NCBI GenBank assembly: GCA_002633005.1
Contig: NMRA01000047.1
Coordinates: 1,079,326 to 1,143,325 of the forward strand
From: Phoronis australis
Lineage: Eukaryota; Animalia; Phoronida
Direction of reading: 5' to 3'
DNA length: 64,000 nt
A model generated the notes under the pieces. That model made no database searches, was not told the DNA's origin, and saw nothing but the letters and a program-made list of their open reading frames with translations. The position numbers were made by a program, and so were the translations under genes. Each line of letters opens with the position of its first letter. Position 1 is the first letter of the stretch. Below are positions 1 through 11,764 of this stretch, one piece after another.

Positions 1-246
1 CCACAAATAAATATGCTTTTGTGTTGTAAAATTTAAGTGAAATAAACATTTTTGCATAAATCAAGTCGAACTAATGATAAAAACGGGACTAAAGGAGGAA
101 ACCCTCTTAAAAGGGGAACATTCCAAGCCCTGATACTATTTTTGACAAAACATGGTCCAAGTCATCAGAACACATAGAGTGCACGACCTCACTATCTCCA
201 AACAGAACACGACAAGAAGACGACTAGTTGCACACAGCATATTTAC

Positions 247-351
247 CGTATCAAAGTGTGAGAAGGCGGTCACTGCCACGTCTGCCAGTGGAGTGTGTAG
301 AGGTCCTACACACTGTTGCTGGGCAACCAAACCAGTCACTGAGCGATCGAC
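247..351 (-). CDS. PFAS: PFAS coding exon 12 (gene continues beyond window start)
   Basis: Encodes VDRSVTGLVAQQQCVGPLHTPLADVAV, a hallmark FGAM synthase motif; acceptor ttccag and donor gtaaat; 105 nt, phase 0/0. Confidence 0.95.
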
Positions 352-935
352 CTGGAAGTAACAGACAACTAATACTAAAAAAGCTGAGGCTAGAAAATGC
401 ACAGCCGTATTAGAGTTTTTTGAAAATGGATGCAGTGGTGTGGCATTTTTAGTTGCCCACTATTTGAAAAAAATGATTGAGATGAGTCTGTGCTTGTAGT
501 TGTGTTGACCCAAGCAGCTTTCCCAAAAAGGTTGGAAATGGCTGAATTTGGTGTGGGTGGGAGATTTTTTGTTAGTAGTGACGCACAGGTTTCAAATGTG
601 TCAGGATAGAGTCTAAAACCAAGCATGCTTTTTTGTTCTAATCCTACTTGGTCCTATTGGTGTTATGAAATATGCCCTACAGCTCTACACCACATCCAGC
701 AATAGGAATACATGATGTAGTCTTAACTAGTCACAGACACTGTACCATCAAGGTTTATATAGTACATGAGTAGTCACGTAACATTGCTTACATCTACACT
801 TTTACTAAATACTGCTTTCCTCTCTGTATCAACGAATGATTGTCAATGCTTTTGATAAACGGAACAGTAAAACGTGATATTTGAACATTCAAAAGAAGTA
901 CGAAGTACTCCTGAAATACATAATTATATACATAC

Positions 936-1181
936 CTTGTTCGTCAGGTACCTTTTACTCGCCACCGCGGGCAGCCGTAACACCCTGTCGAGAGCGTCAC
1001 TCAGCTGCAAGTTGTCTGGCAAACTGAGCTCTTTGAGCATCGGAGCCCTTCGCTGCAGGTGAAATTCCTTTCTTGGCATAGATCCAAGCACACAGCCAAG
1101 GTCAAGGTCAACTGGGTATCTGAACTCCGGGGCATGCCTCTTAGCACAGCCGTTGTCATGTTTAGTATTTTCCAAGCGAAT
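936..1181 (-). CDS. PFAS: PFAS coding exon 11
   Basis: PVDLDLGCVLGSMPRKEF...ALDRVLRLPAVASKRYLTNK; acceptor cactaag after a T-rich tract, donor gtatgt; 246 nt, phase 0/0. Confidence 0.93.
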
Positions 1182-2192
1182 CTTAGTGAATAAAAATGAA
1201 TAAACTGAGTTACGATTTTTTTTGGCAACCAAAACTTAAAAAACTTGATACTACTATATGCTTCACTTTCCTGCAACAATTCTACATTAAAGATGTATCT
1301 ATATGCTCCTAACTATGCTAATGTATAGCAGGAACTAAACGACAATGCCATTTAAACATAATCTACACTAAACAAAGTGCAGTTGTATTCACCACAACTT
1401 GTAAATATGAAAACAAAAAATTCTTTAAATATGTGACCTTTGCACTAATGATGTACCTCGGGGGCTCACATAGTACCATTATGCAGTGTTATTCCCCAGC
1501 AGCATGTCACAATAACTACAAACAAGGGAAATTCATTTTACCATGAATTATAAATGCTCCATCGTTTTGAAGCTCTATACCAAAGACACCATCAGACAAT
1601 GCTTTGAGAAATTTTGGGCCTATGCAGCAATATTAGCCATTGAAAATTGAAGAAAGTTCAGTTTTAAACAATCATTTTCTCTCCAAAATTGGTGTTACTG
1701 CAATGTTTTCTTATCTGTTCAGCAACTTTATGAAGCAAGAGATTAGTGCAGATCAGTTTGAACCCAGTGGCCAATTAACCTCTGACATACCCACTACATA
1801 CATTGACCTAGTACTTAAACAAGCTTAAGCTCATGAATATCTGTGTGATAAAACTCGCAGCTTTAACTTATAAACCTCTATTTTCTAACCTTGGAAGAAA
1901 CTTCAAAGTTCTTCAATACTTCATTTTTCACGAGCAATCTAGTTACACCAAGCACAACTTTCCTTGCAGGCAAGTCCATGTACTCTTTGTACTGGCAACC
2001 AACAGACACACAGTCTAAGACATAACTGGGGTATCATAAGGGATTACAAACATGACCAGGCAACACAAATGCGAACTCTTCAATTTTCAATGGGCTGTTT
2101 ACAATATGACACTGAATATTCCTTCATTCCACATGGCCCAGGTACACCATCGTTAAGATTATTTGTGGAGGGTAATTAAAACCACTACAAAC

Positions 2193-2416
2193 TTTTCCGT
2201 CACCCGTGATGGAGCCCACAAACGAGACTGGACACTTCTCTCGCAAGCAGACGTCACTCAGAAGGCATTGGTTGTTAGCATCTATTAAGACCGCATTACT
2301 CTCCTGATACTCCGCCCCCCACAGCTCCAAAACACTGATTGTCGGGTCGCCCAGCTGAAAGTCCTTGACCCTGATGATCGCACCAGCAGGCTCGACAATC
2401 TCCTTCAGCACATTGC
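2193..2416 (-). CDS. PFAS: PFAS coding exon 10
   Basis: GNVLKEIVEP...GDPTISVLELWGAEYQESNA...REKCPVSFVGSITGDGK; acceptor gtccag, donor gtttgt; phase 1/0. Confidence 0.94.
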
Positions 2417-3138
2417 CTGGACAACGAGAAAGAAATGTTTGTTCACCAAATGTTTTCCTAGCAAGTTATTCATGTTAGAAACATTTGAATTTATTTTTTG
2501 TTGAAACAACTAACACAGAAAGTGTGTAGCAATACCGAACAGACTGAAAATTTGGACTTCTTGAAACCTTACGAGAACCAACATCCAATAGAACAATTAA
2601 AAACATTTACATTTCAATGCATCATTACAAACCAGACATCTTCTCATCTTTCATGTCTGTGACAAGTCTTTCTTAGATCGGACAGAGACTAGATGCACGC
2701 TAGACCTCAAACAAGACTTAGTGAAATTTCTTTGCAAGTCAGGCAACGGCCGTCACTGATTTTGTTGAAAAAGCAAATGGCAATGCCATCCCCGCAATAC
2801 TCTTGCCGCTTCCTTTCTATAATGCATTAACTCTTAATCAGCATAGAATTGGTGTAAATTAATCAAATGATTGAAAAGAAAATCTGTAGAACTGCAAGAT
2901 GATAAGCCACAGAAATCCAGCAGGGGACAGTCGCACTATCCCCCAAGACTTGATCGTGGATATTCTTGATGGTGGTTATTACATTTTCATGTGCTAGGGC
3001 AACAAACCATAAACCTCGGGCCCTAATCAAGGATATCCCTGATTGAGGTTAACATTTCAGTGTTCTAGGGATACTCGCAATATCCCCAAGCCCTAATCTT
3101 GGAATAATCCTGACGGAGGTCTAGGATCATTCGTAATA

Positions 3139-4147
3139 CCATATTCGCCCTAATAAGTGCCAATGCCCCTACAAGCGCCCCTCCACGTATTTTCAGACAT
3201 TGCCAAAACAAGCGCCCAGCCCTGAACGTGTACATGCAAAAAATGGCTTACCTACAGTCTTAAAATTCTACAGTAATGCCTTCAAATTTATCAACAAGAT
3301 CCGGTAGTCCTGAAAAACCATTGTGCATGGAATTTCTAGACCACCAGCCTTGTCAGTATTTAGCCATGACTATACACTTCAAATTTGCGCCGTGCTTCAG
3401 CAAGAACGCAACTTTGGTGATCTCGCAAGAATCGTGTCCTACAGAACAGACACAGCGTACTTGTCAACAGTACTGAATACTTCACGTACAGTTTTCAATT
3501 CTTCTCACGCAACAGGGTTCCATATTTCTTTGTACACGTGAAAACTGCGAATCAAAGACTGGTACTCAAAGCATGCCGTTTAGCTGATGACTGTCTCACG
3601 GATAAAAAATTGGTGTTAAAAGCACGTGGCCAGAAAGTGCGCTACATTCCAGTCAAAACAAATGTCATGTGACTTCAATATATGTTTTCCAAGGTGTTTG
3701 TCCAGAGATTTTTCTCGTGTTGCGGGGTACAATCTGGCACAGATTTGGACTAACCTGCTCTAAATCCCGACCCCACAAGAACTTTAAAAACCTTAGGGAT
3801 GCTATTTGGAAATTTAAGTGAGGACTACAGGAAATTTGTTTAGTTGAAATTGTATTTTTATTCAAGTGGCCATATCGATGAGCGAGAGGCAGTGACACAT
3901 CAGCGAGTTTTCACCCTGGGATTTCAGCACAATTTTTCTGTAAAATGATCAGTTTGATAGCATTGCACCCCAGTTTGGTAGAAAGTCTGTCATAGGTTAT
4001 AGATACGTCACAGAGCATAAATTCAATACATACTAGCTTCCGATTTCATTGCTTCGGAGACTGGGTTTCAACCGCCTTAGGTTAAAATAAGCACCCAATC
4101 TAAAACAAATTTTCTAAGCGCCAGGACGCTTTTTAGGGCGACTATGG
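3139..4147. mobile_element. Non-autonomous TA-flanked DNA transposon (Tc1/mariner-pogo-like) carrying a decayed HIRAN-domain ORF, copy 1
   Basis: Inverted termini CCATATTCGCCCTAATAAG (3139) and CTTTTTAGGGCGACTATGG (4147); TA on the left flank; interior similar to 13728-15034. Confidence 0.7.
3310..3558 (-). pseudogene. HIRAN-domain pseudogene fragment
   Basis: Minus-strand translation IRSFHVYKEIWNPVA*EELKTVRE...DKYAVSVL*...GGLEIPC follows the HIRAN pattern (IRGYHVYK.IW.P / D.YAVAV / GLEIPC) but has stops and frameshifts. Confidence 0.7.
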
Positions 4148-4654
4148 TTTCCTCAAGCCTTGCTCATGGATTCTGAGAAGGATTTCAGGTCCCTCACTCA
4201 CTTGAGAGGAAAGCTGCATGCCTGTGTCACTCTGACGGGATTTTTTCCTAAGAAGAGAAAATCTCCCATCGTCACCCTCAATACACTGTATGGTGTAGAA
4301 TAGACCTTATGGAGTACACCTTGTGGTTTTACCTTTTGCTCAATACTAAGTATAAGCCCTATACTTGTAATGAACTAATCCAAATCGGGTTCTTCATACT
4401 GAGGCTGTCATGCAGTCTGACGCTGAGTGTCTACGCCAGCTGAGACGGATTTCAACATTGATCATTAAAAGAGTCTTTGGGTATAGTGAGAGGAGTTTTA
4501 AGAGTCTTCAAAAAGTAGAATGAGGCCGATTTCAGCTACCAAAATCGAGGTATCGAGAGTCCTGGGTCAACATGCAAATTCATGCTCTATGAGCAATTAT
4601 TATAGTCATCAGCTCACTGGTCACAAACACTGTTAATAGAACAAAGCAACCTAC

Positions 4655-4885
4655 CGTTCCCCCCAGCACCCTGATCATGAATACTCCTGATAGGGTTCAG
4701 CTGTCCCTTCTCAATGCACGCGCGAATGACACGGTTTAGTTTCTGCTCCATCTCAGCATCGCCCCGTTGTACAGCGCCGTAGTCCAGTTCAGCACTGTTG
4801 TCTCCCTGCACTTCCACTGACGAGGCCGCGCCACCACCCACACCAATGCGATAGACCGGACCACCCAATTTGACCACCTTCATAC
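4655..4885 (-). CDS. PFAS: PFAS coding exon 9
   Basis: GMKVVKLGGPVYRIGVGGGAASS...AVQRGDAEMEQKLNRVIRAC...SIHDQGAGGNG; acceptor tctttcag, donor gtaggt; 231 nt, phase 1/1. Confidence 0.96.
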
Positions 4886-4944
4886 CTGAAAGAAGATCAC
4901 AAGTTTTAGACAGAACATTGCCTGAGGTGAAGTTAAACAAAGAT

Positions 4945-5775
4945 TATTATATGACTACAGATACTTCTGTCCTCCAATTGGCTAAAACATAGCATGCCAA
5001 CTTCCGTTATGATGTGACATTGCCTGGCTACCCATGCAATATCACTTTTTGTTCATGCTGTCCGTTATTCGTGATCTGAACAATGACAAGCCGCAGAATC
5101 CATAACAACTAACTATTTAAACAAAGCAGCTGGTAGGAGTAAAATATCATTCTGATAAGGGAAAGAGATCAGAGAAAACGAGCATCAATCATCGTACAAT
5201 AAAAAAGTACAAACCAATCCCCAGAGCATATTGTACAAATATGGATCAGTCATAGAGGTGATATTAGGTATTATACACTACCACAGATACTTCTTTTCTA
5301 AGAGTGGCTGATACGTGGTGGAGTAATAGTGATCAATATAGGATGGTATACCACTGTTCATTCATGCCACCTGGACATCACATGTCATCATTCATGATCG
5401 GACCAATCAAACGCTGCAGAAACCATAACCCCTGACCACAAAGAGAGCAGACGTCAGTACATGAGAGCATATAAAACCAAGTCAATCCAATAAAAGACGC
5501 AAAAAGTCAGAGGAAGGAAGCATCAGCGGTTGTGTACTGTAACAAATAGAGACCCATCGCTAAGGTGTCTCGTACATATGGACCTCGAGAGAGCAGTATC
5601 AGTCGCGGGCCTTGGGCGGTATGACTCTGCTTCAGTCCATATGACCCAAAATCACTTTCAAGATCGATCCATATTCGTATAATACAGACTTTTAAGAAGC
5701 TTCAGGCATCATTGCTCTACCGAGATCCATATGACATGATATAATTGTCGGAATCGTGCAGTCCATATTTGTATA
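4945..5775. repeat. Degenerate ~325-bp tandem duplication followed by repeated TCCATATG/TCCATATT motifs (probable transposon remnant)
   Basis: Blocks acagatacttct / gcagaa(t/a)ccataac / agcatca / atatgga recur at ~4957 and ~5283; the inverse motif tccatat occurs four times in 5630-5775. Confidence 0.45.
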
Positions 5776-6413
5776 TTTATTACATGGCATACCAGGACCC
5801 GAGCAAGATTTAGAAGACTTTCCAAGTGGCACCAACCCCAAGAAAGAGAAATTTTTCAGATCTCAACAGCACCCTACTAAAGGGAAATAACAGCCATGAA
5901 AATGTAATAATCTATATCCCACATACTGAGCAGTAAACGCAACAAACTCCACAAAACAATAATGAAAATATTGAGACTGGTGCTGACAGATTCGCGATAT
6001 TGTTTGTCAGCCATTTGTATTTTGACACTCAGCTGGAGGACTCAGACTTAAAGAGAGCACCAGTTGTATCCTTATTATTTCTGGGTAAATTTCAATGCTT
6101 CGAAAACAAATTCTATGTGTTTGTTCACTGTAAAGACAGGTAAACCCAACGGAAACAACAAAATAGGTAGAAGCAATGTTTCAGTACATTCAGACAAGGT
6201 TGGTTTGCAGCATGAGCCACCCAAATCGAGAGAAGAATTTGGCAATGACTCAGTATGAGGCCGTCTCCATTTTCACAACAAAAACAGGGTCAAGTTAAGA
6301 TCTACCCAAAATCAATGAAGCAAGCATTCCTATATGCATCAGGTTAGTTTTTTTTTCAAATTTGCATTCCAGTACAGTCACAGAAGTCATAACTTCACCA
6401 AATTAAGAAATAG

Positions 6414-6625
6414 AGAAGACAGTGTGGCCTAGTGTGATAGGTGACCCCTTTCTTTACTGGAGGTCGTGGGTTCGAGTCCCACTGGGTCACGCTGCTAAGC
6501 CCTTGAGTCAAGTTTCTAGCCTCTCAGCTCAGTTTTAACTATATATTAATAAAACATAAAAATGGTTCCAGGTGATCAGTGCAATGGGTATAATGTGTAT
6601 CAGACCGCTTGCAATTATTTTTTTA
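6414..6625 (+). mobile_element. tRNA-derived SINE, copy 1
   Basis: A-box TGGCCTAGTGTG, B-box GGTTCGAGTCC, then a non-tRNA body ending in a T-run; homologous to 11550-11764. Confidence 0.75.
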
Positions 6626-8604
6626 AAGTCAGAAAGTCGGCACACAACCCTTTAATAAGTCATCAGTTTCTTGCAATGCCATTGCAGTCTTAACAAGGAT
6701 TGATAAAGGAACAGTGGCAGCAATAAGATCATTCTAATGTACAACTTCCACACGTGAATGCTAACCAACAGTGTGCTGGCAACCACAAGCCTCAACTCCT
6801 CATGGAGCTTCTGGTCTCAAGATGAAAGCCAAAAGTTCATGGCCAGGGTGTTGGCAACCACATTCCGGTTATGAGGTCTTGGTACAGAGAATTTCTGAAA
6901 ATAGGCCCATGGACGGATATGTGGAAAACAACCTTTCAAAAACGTTAAATGAAACTGAATATACACCTGGGCATATATTCGTTAAAACTGTCCTTCATAC
7001 TATGCTAATACAAATTGTTACCAATGAAGTCAACCGATATCTATTAACTTAAAGATAGTCGTTTGAGTGAAATCGCGATCCGAAATAGAATGTCTTGAGA
7101 AAACAAACAAAACTTTACACCAAAACCTATTAAATACGCATTTTAGAATAATCCATCAGATTTTTAAAACATGCAAACAGTTACCAATAGTAAACCCATG
7201 CGTGTAGTTTTGAAAAATTTCTCAAATACACCCATCGACGTACTTTTCCGTGGGTTTATTTTCGGAAATTTCAGGTACATCTACAAAATATTTAAACTAA
7301 AAACAGAGATGGCAAGCAAAATGATCATGTCATTGATGAAAATGTTGGGTTAATTTAAGGAGAGTCAGAATACTTTACAAAGTGAAATTGTTGTTTTTTA
7401 ATAAAACACCAATTACAAAATAAAACATGATTAGATGAGTCGTAGAGACGGATGGCCGAGGACTTAAGTATCAGCTCGTTCGGCGGCAACCTTACTGCAA
7501 CAATCACGAGATCAACAAGCATGATGAAAAAAAGATTGCCTGTGCCCCTGACGTGGCCACAGAAATCAATAGCAATTAACAGCCAGTACGCCGCTAAACA
7601 TAAGTAAACAGTGCTAATCAAATCGGTTAATGTATACACAACGATCTAGCTAACAGGCTACCAAACGTCCTGATGGAATTCACGCAGTTGGTGGAAGCCA
7701 AGTTCCTGGAAATTCACGAGGTAAGACTTTTTCATAGATGTCAGAGTCCAATGTCCGGAATACAAAGGACGTGCTCTTGCCTGAGATTGAGTTCAGTATG
7801 TTGCAACAAAGAAGAAACACTATCACCACTACATTGGCAGTAAGGCAAATTCATCAGTGCCTAGTTGACATCAAAACAGACGAGATTTTGACCAAAGTTG
7901 GCATTGTTTTGAAGCAATCTCTGCATGCTAGAAAAAATTAGTGTCACAGTTTCAATTCACATGCCAAGAATTATAGGATGACACTTGGCTTACCTCAAAA
8001 TCCAACTGCTGCCGCTTGGTTTGGTAATTGGCTCAATTATATTGCACACCCAGCAGAATTAATGAAGAACAAAATATGACAACATTATAAAAACGTTTTA
8101 GGTTGAAAAAAATCACATTTATTGTCCGATTTTCAAAATTCAAAAACCTAATCACATGTACTTTTCACAAACTATTCAAATATACTATTTAAAATTTTCA
8201 AAACGAAAATTCAAAAATACTAGTGTCGCCATCAGTGTGTTTATGACGGGTTTGATTATCTAAAGAACAATAACATTACCAACTGTGGCGATGTTAATAA
8301 CTGTAGCAGCATGGTGTCTTTGATCAATGCCAGCAGATTTCGAGGTACGCAAACTAGTCGAGTTGCCCAATCTCCACTGGTGGGGGCGTCAATGTAGGAT
8401 TTTTTTCGTGCAGGGGCTCAAACTATGAAAATGGTAGTCAAAGCTTGAGCAGCAGAGCATAAACTGAGGCTCAAAGAAGTTTAACTTTGAGTTTCTTATA
8501 ATAACAATACCAACTGTAACGACACAATACAAGTCATGTAATCTCAATAAGACTGTTTCCAGCAAGTGAAATTTTACCCCTGTCAGCTTCAAATTCAAAT
8601 CTAA

Positions 8605-8945
8605 GTCCCGTCCACACACAGCCTACCCTAGAACAACTTGCACTAGTGCAACCCCACTTTAAGAGAAACATCCACACACACATGTCCTATAACTAGGGTA
8701 AGTCAGAAGCTGTCGCTGCGTGCGTGACAATAAACCCCTAATGCGAGTATAGCATAGCGCGCAAAAAAAACAGTCTGTATGTAACTGCATCTGATGCATA
8801 CTTCCGCCTTGCCCCAATTATGCAGGCACACAGCACTTACAAGTGGTGCAAGTTAACCAAGAACATTAGTTCCCCACCTCCATAAGGTGGAGTAAGTTGA
8901 CACAAGTGGGGTAAGTTGTGCTAGTATAAATAGTGTCCAGACAGT
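8605..8945. mobile_element. MITE-like element (CCGTCCAC termini, internal CAACTTG/CAAGTTG repeats), possibly Harbinger-type
   Basis: Similar in inverted orientation to 28670-28950, with a further fragment near 33700-33790. Confidence 0.45.
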
Positions 8946-10696
8946 GTTTTGACAAATTTCTATTATCATTGATTCCTCATTTCACTGTCTTTTTTCGTCA
9001 AGTTTGTCCATAGTTCGCAACAAATTACCAACAGGGATCGCACTTTGTTAATAATTCTGAGCACTTTCTTACCTGCAAACTGAGTTTCTGAGCAAAAAAT
9101 TTTCTTCGGCGAAGTAGTCACCATTTTCCAAGAAGATGTCACTTAACTAAACAAAAAACAACCAAAAGGCAAACAACCAAGGGTCACAAGCAAACTATTT
9201 TGAAATCATCCTCTGACTTTCCAGTGACAAAAACAAGAGTGTGATGCAAGTGAATGCCTTTCATCCAATTGCGTTTTTTTAAACATCTGCAACAAGCAAC
9301 ATACGTGTGATTTGAATGTTGGAGTTTCAAAAACTTATGCACAATTGGAGTTGCTTCATTTTCATGTAAGTTTCAAAGCAAGAAGACCACAAATTGAATT
9401 CGAATGGACTGAAAAAGTGAGCTTTCCTTTAAACTCCCAACTTTTTACCCAGCGCACATTAATTCCTCCATGTGCTATGATGTCATAAGTCATACACAAC
9501 AATTTTGACATTCCTACCAATTGTGATTACATTTAGTGGTCTCAACCTGTAAACCAATCATATTTTTCAGGCAAATGCTCTTGTCAGACTGTATCTTAGC
9601 ACCTTTATAGAAATTATAACTGAAGTAGGATTTGATTATTCACAAAAATGATCCAACAACAAATGGCCCGACAGTCTAACCCTCGGAACTAGCTCAACAT
9701 TACGACTGACATCTGGCCAGCATTCCCACAGTGCTGAGCTTTAATCCTGGTGAGAACCCTAAATTAACTGCCAAAGGACAAAGTAAGAAATATTCACTAA
9801 GACATCGACTACTAAATACTAAGTACTCAATATTTATTTTGTTTCATTGCCAAAATGATCCTCACTTGATGAGCTCTCACATGTAACCTACCTTGACCAG
9901 CAGAGGATTGTGAAATCAGCGTTTCCTGACCACTACAAGATCGTAGGACTTGGTAAAGTCTCCCTGAATTTTTTAACATTTTATAATCTTGTTCTTGGTC
10001 ATGTCTTAAATTTCTACTAAAATACTTACTTTTAACACTGTATATTGCTCCATCTAGCTGACTAAAAACGACAATTGAATTAGACCTTATCCTCTCATAA
10101 AGTTGGTCTCGTAATATTCCGTACAGTGATAAGAATCTACTTCTGTTAAGTCAGAGGCAATCGTTGGAACCTAATTCGGACAAAAAAATTGTCAAATTTG
10201 ACATTTTTTCAAAGCCTTTTACATAATTTTGAGTGGACATTTTCTTAAAAGATTATTGTCGGATTGTAGCTATGGTAACAGAGTTAAAAATGTGAAAGCA
10301 TTTGGTTGGTGCGTCTTCTCTTCCATGCAGAAAATGAAGAAACACAATTTCCCTTATCAGCCATATTGTGTCCTAAATGAGATTTTAATTTAACGCAAAC
10401 AAAATCCAGTGACAGAAAGGAATATTAGGAGACTGAGTTTATGGGCATAAAAGGCCCAATTCAATTTTCGTTTTCAACTAGCTATACAGGGCGAAGTATA
10501 GCTTAAGTTAAAAATAACTCAACAAAGTACTTAGTTTTAACTTTTCAAATACAGAAGTTTTGCAAAAGACACTTTTTGTATGAAAACCTTGTTTCCAGAT
10601 AGACGTAATATCTTTTAAAATTGAACCTGGAACTTTAAAACAAGGTAAACGATGAAATACGTAATTATTTATTGTTTACTGATGATGTAACAATGC

Positions 10697-10795
10697 CATG
10701 CCAATTAAATACGCCCATAAGGTCATGCCAATTAAATATGCCCATAAGGTCATGCCAATTAAATATGCCCATAAGGTCGTGCCAATCAAATATGC
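10697..10795. repeat. 27-bp minisatellite, ~3.7 copies
   Basis: Unit CATGCCAATTAAATATGCCCATAAGGT read directly. Confidence 0.9.
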
Positions 10796-11549
10796 GCGTA
10801 TGACATATAACAGAATTTGTCAAAACCATGCACTACAGGAATTTCTTCACCTATTCAGTAAACAATATGGTGGACAAGCTAATTTGTCAAATTTTTCCAC
10901 AAAAGCATGGATTATGAATTTTCAGTATATTATTGGATAGGTTTGCATTATGCGGAAGTCATAAAACAATATATTGTAAAGCTCCCTCTATCGGCAACAA
11001 GATAAGCAGCATTTGGAAATGGAAAATATCAATTTTGGCAATTATTTTAGTCCGAAATAAGAGGAGAATTGCCGTAACCATCATGCTTAAGTTACCCTGT
11101 TCACATGAAATGTGCACTAACCAGATCATGTCCAAGATATCCTGTTCATATGAAACAAGTACCTCACTGCTGATTTATTAGATTTGGGAATAATCTAGAA
11201 AATGGCTGAATTTAATTTTAAGACAATATCCCACAGTTTCACAGCTCTGATCTTCTAACATTTTAATTCAGAAATAGATACCTAGGAAATTAACTGAACT
11301 CATTAAATTACTGTGATCAATATCACAAATGCGACATACAAATTTCTTTAAGTAATACGTTTGGGTCAATGCCCAGAGAGTTTTAATTAAAACTCAAAAA
11401 TAGACAGTGTGCGTCAACCCAATTACAACAGAATGACGTAGTTCAAAAGTGAAATTGTTAAAAATTAAGGGGTTGGCATGTGGACATTTAACTCAAATGG
11501 ACGCATTATTCAAACAATACAAATCAATTTGATTTGATTGCAATCATTT

Positions 11550-11764
11550 AAAAAAAATAAGAGCATGCAGTCCAGACGTGCACATGTATGCCCATAGCAC
11601 TAATCACTTGGAACCCTTTTTGTGTTTTATTAATATCTAGTTAAAACTGAGCTGAGCTAGAGACCTGACTCAAGGGTCCAGCAGAGTGGCCCAGAGAGAC
11701 TAGAACCCATGACCTCAAGTAAAGAAAACAGGCACCTATCACACTAAGCCACACTGCCTCCTCG
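11550..11764 (-). mobile_element. tRNA-derived SINE, copy 2, with 12-bp target-site duplication
   Basis: Reverse-complement homolog of 6414-6625; flanked by TTGCAATCATTT at 11538-11549 and 11765-11776. Confidence 0.8.

Noticed and set aside
10698-10940. Repetitive ORF MPIKYAHKV... (likewise TAQACKG at 44231-44437 and the CVCV ORF at 59086)
   Set aside because: These are translations of mini- or microsatellites, not genes.
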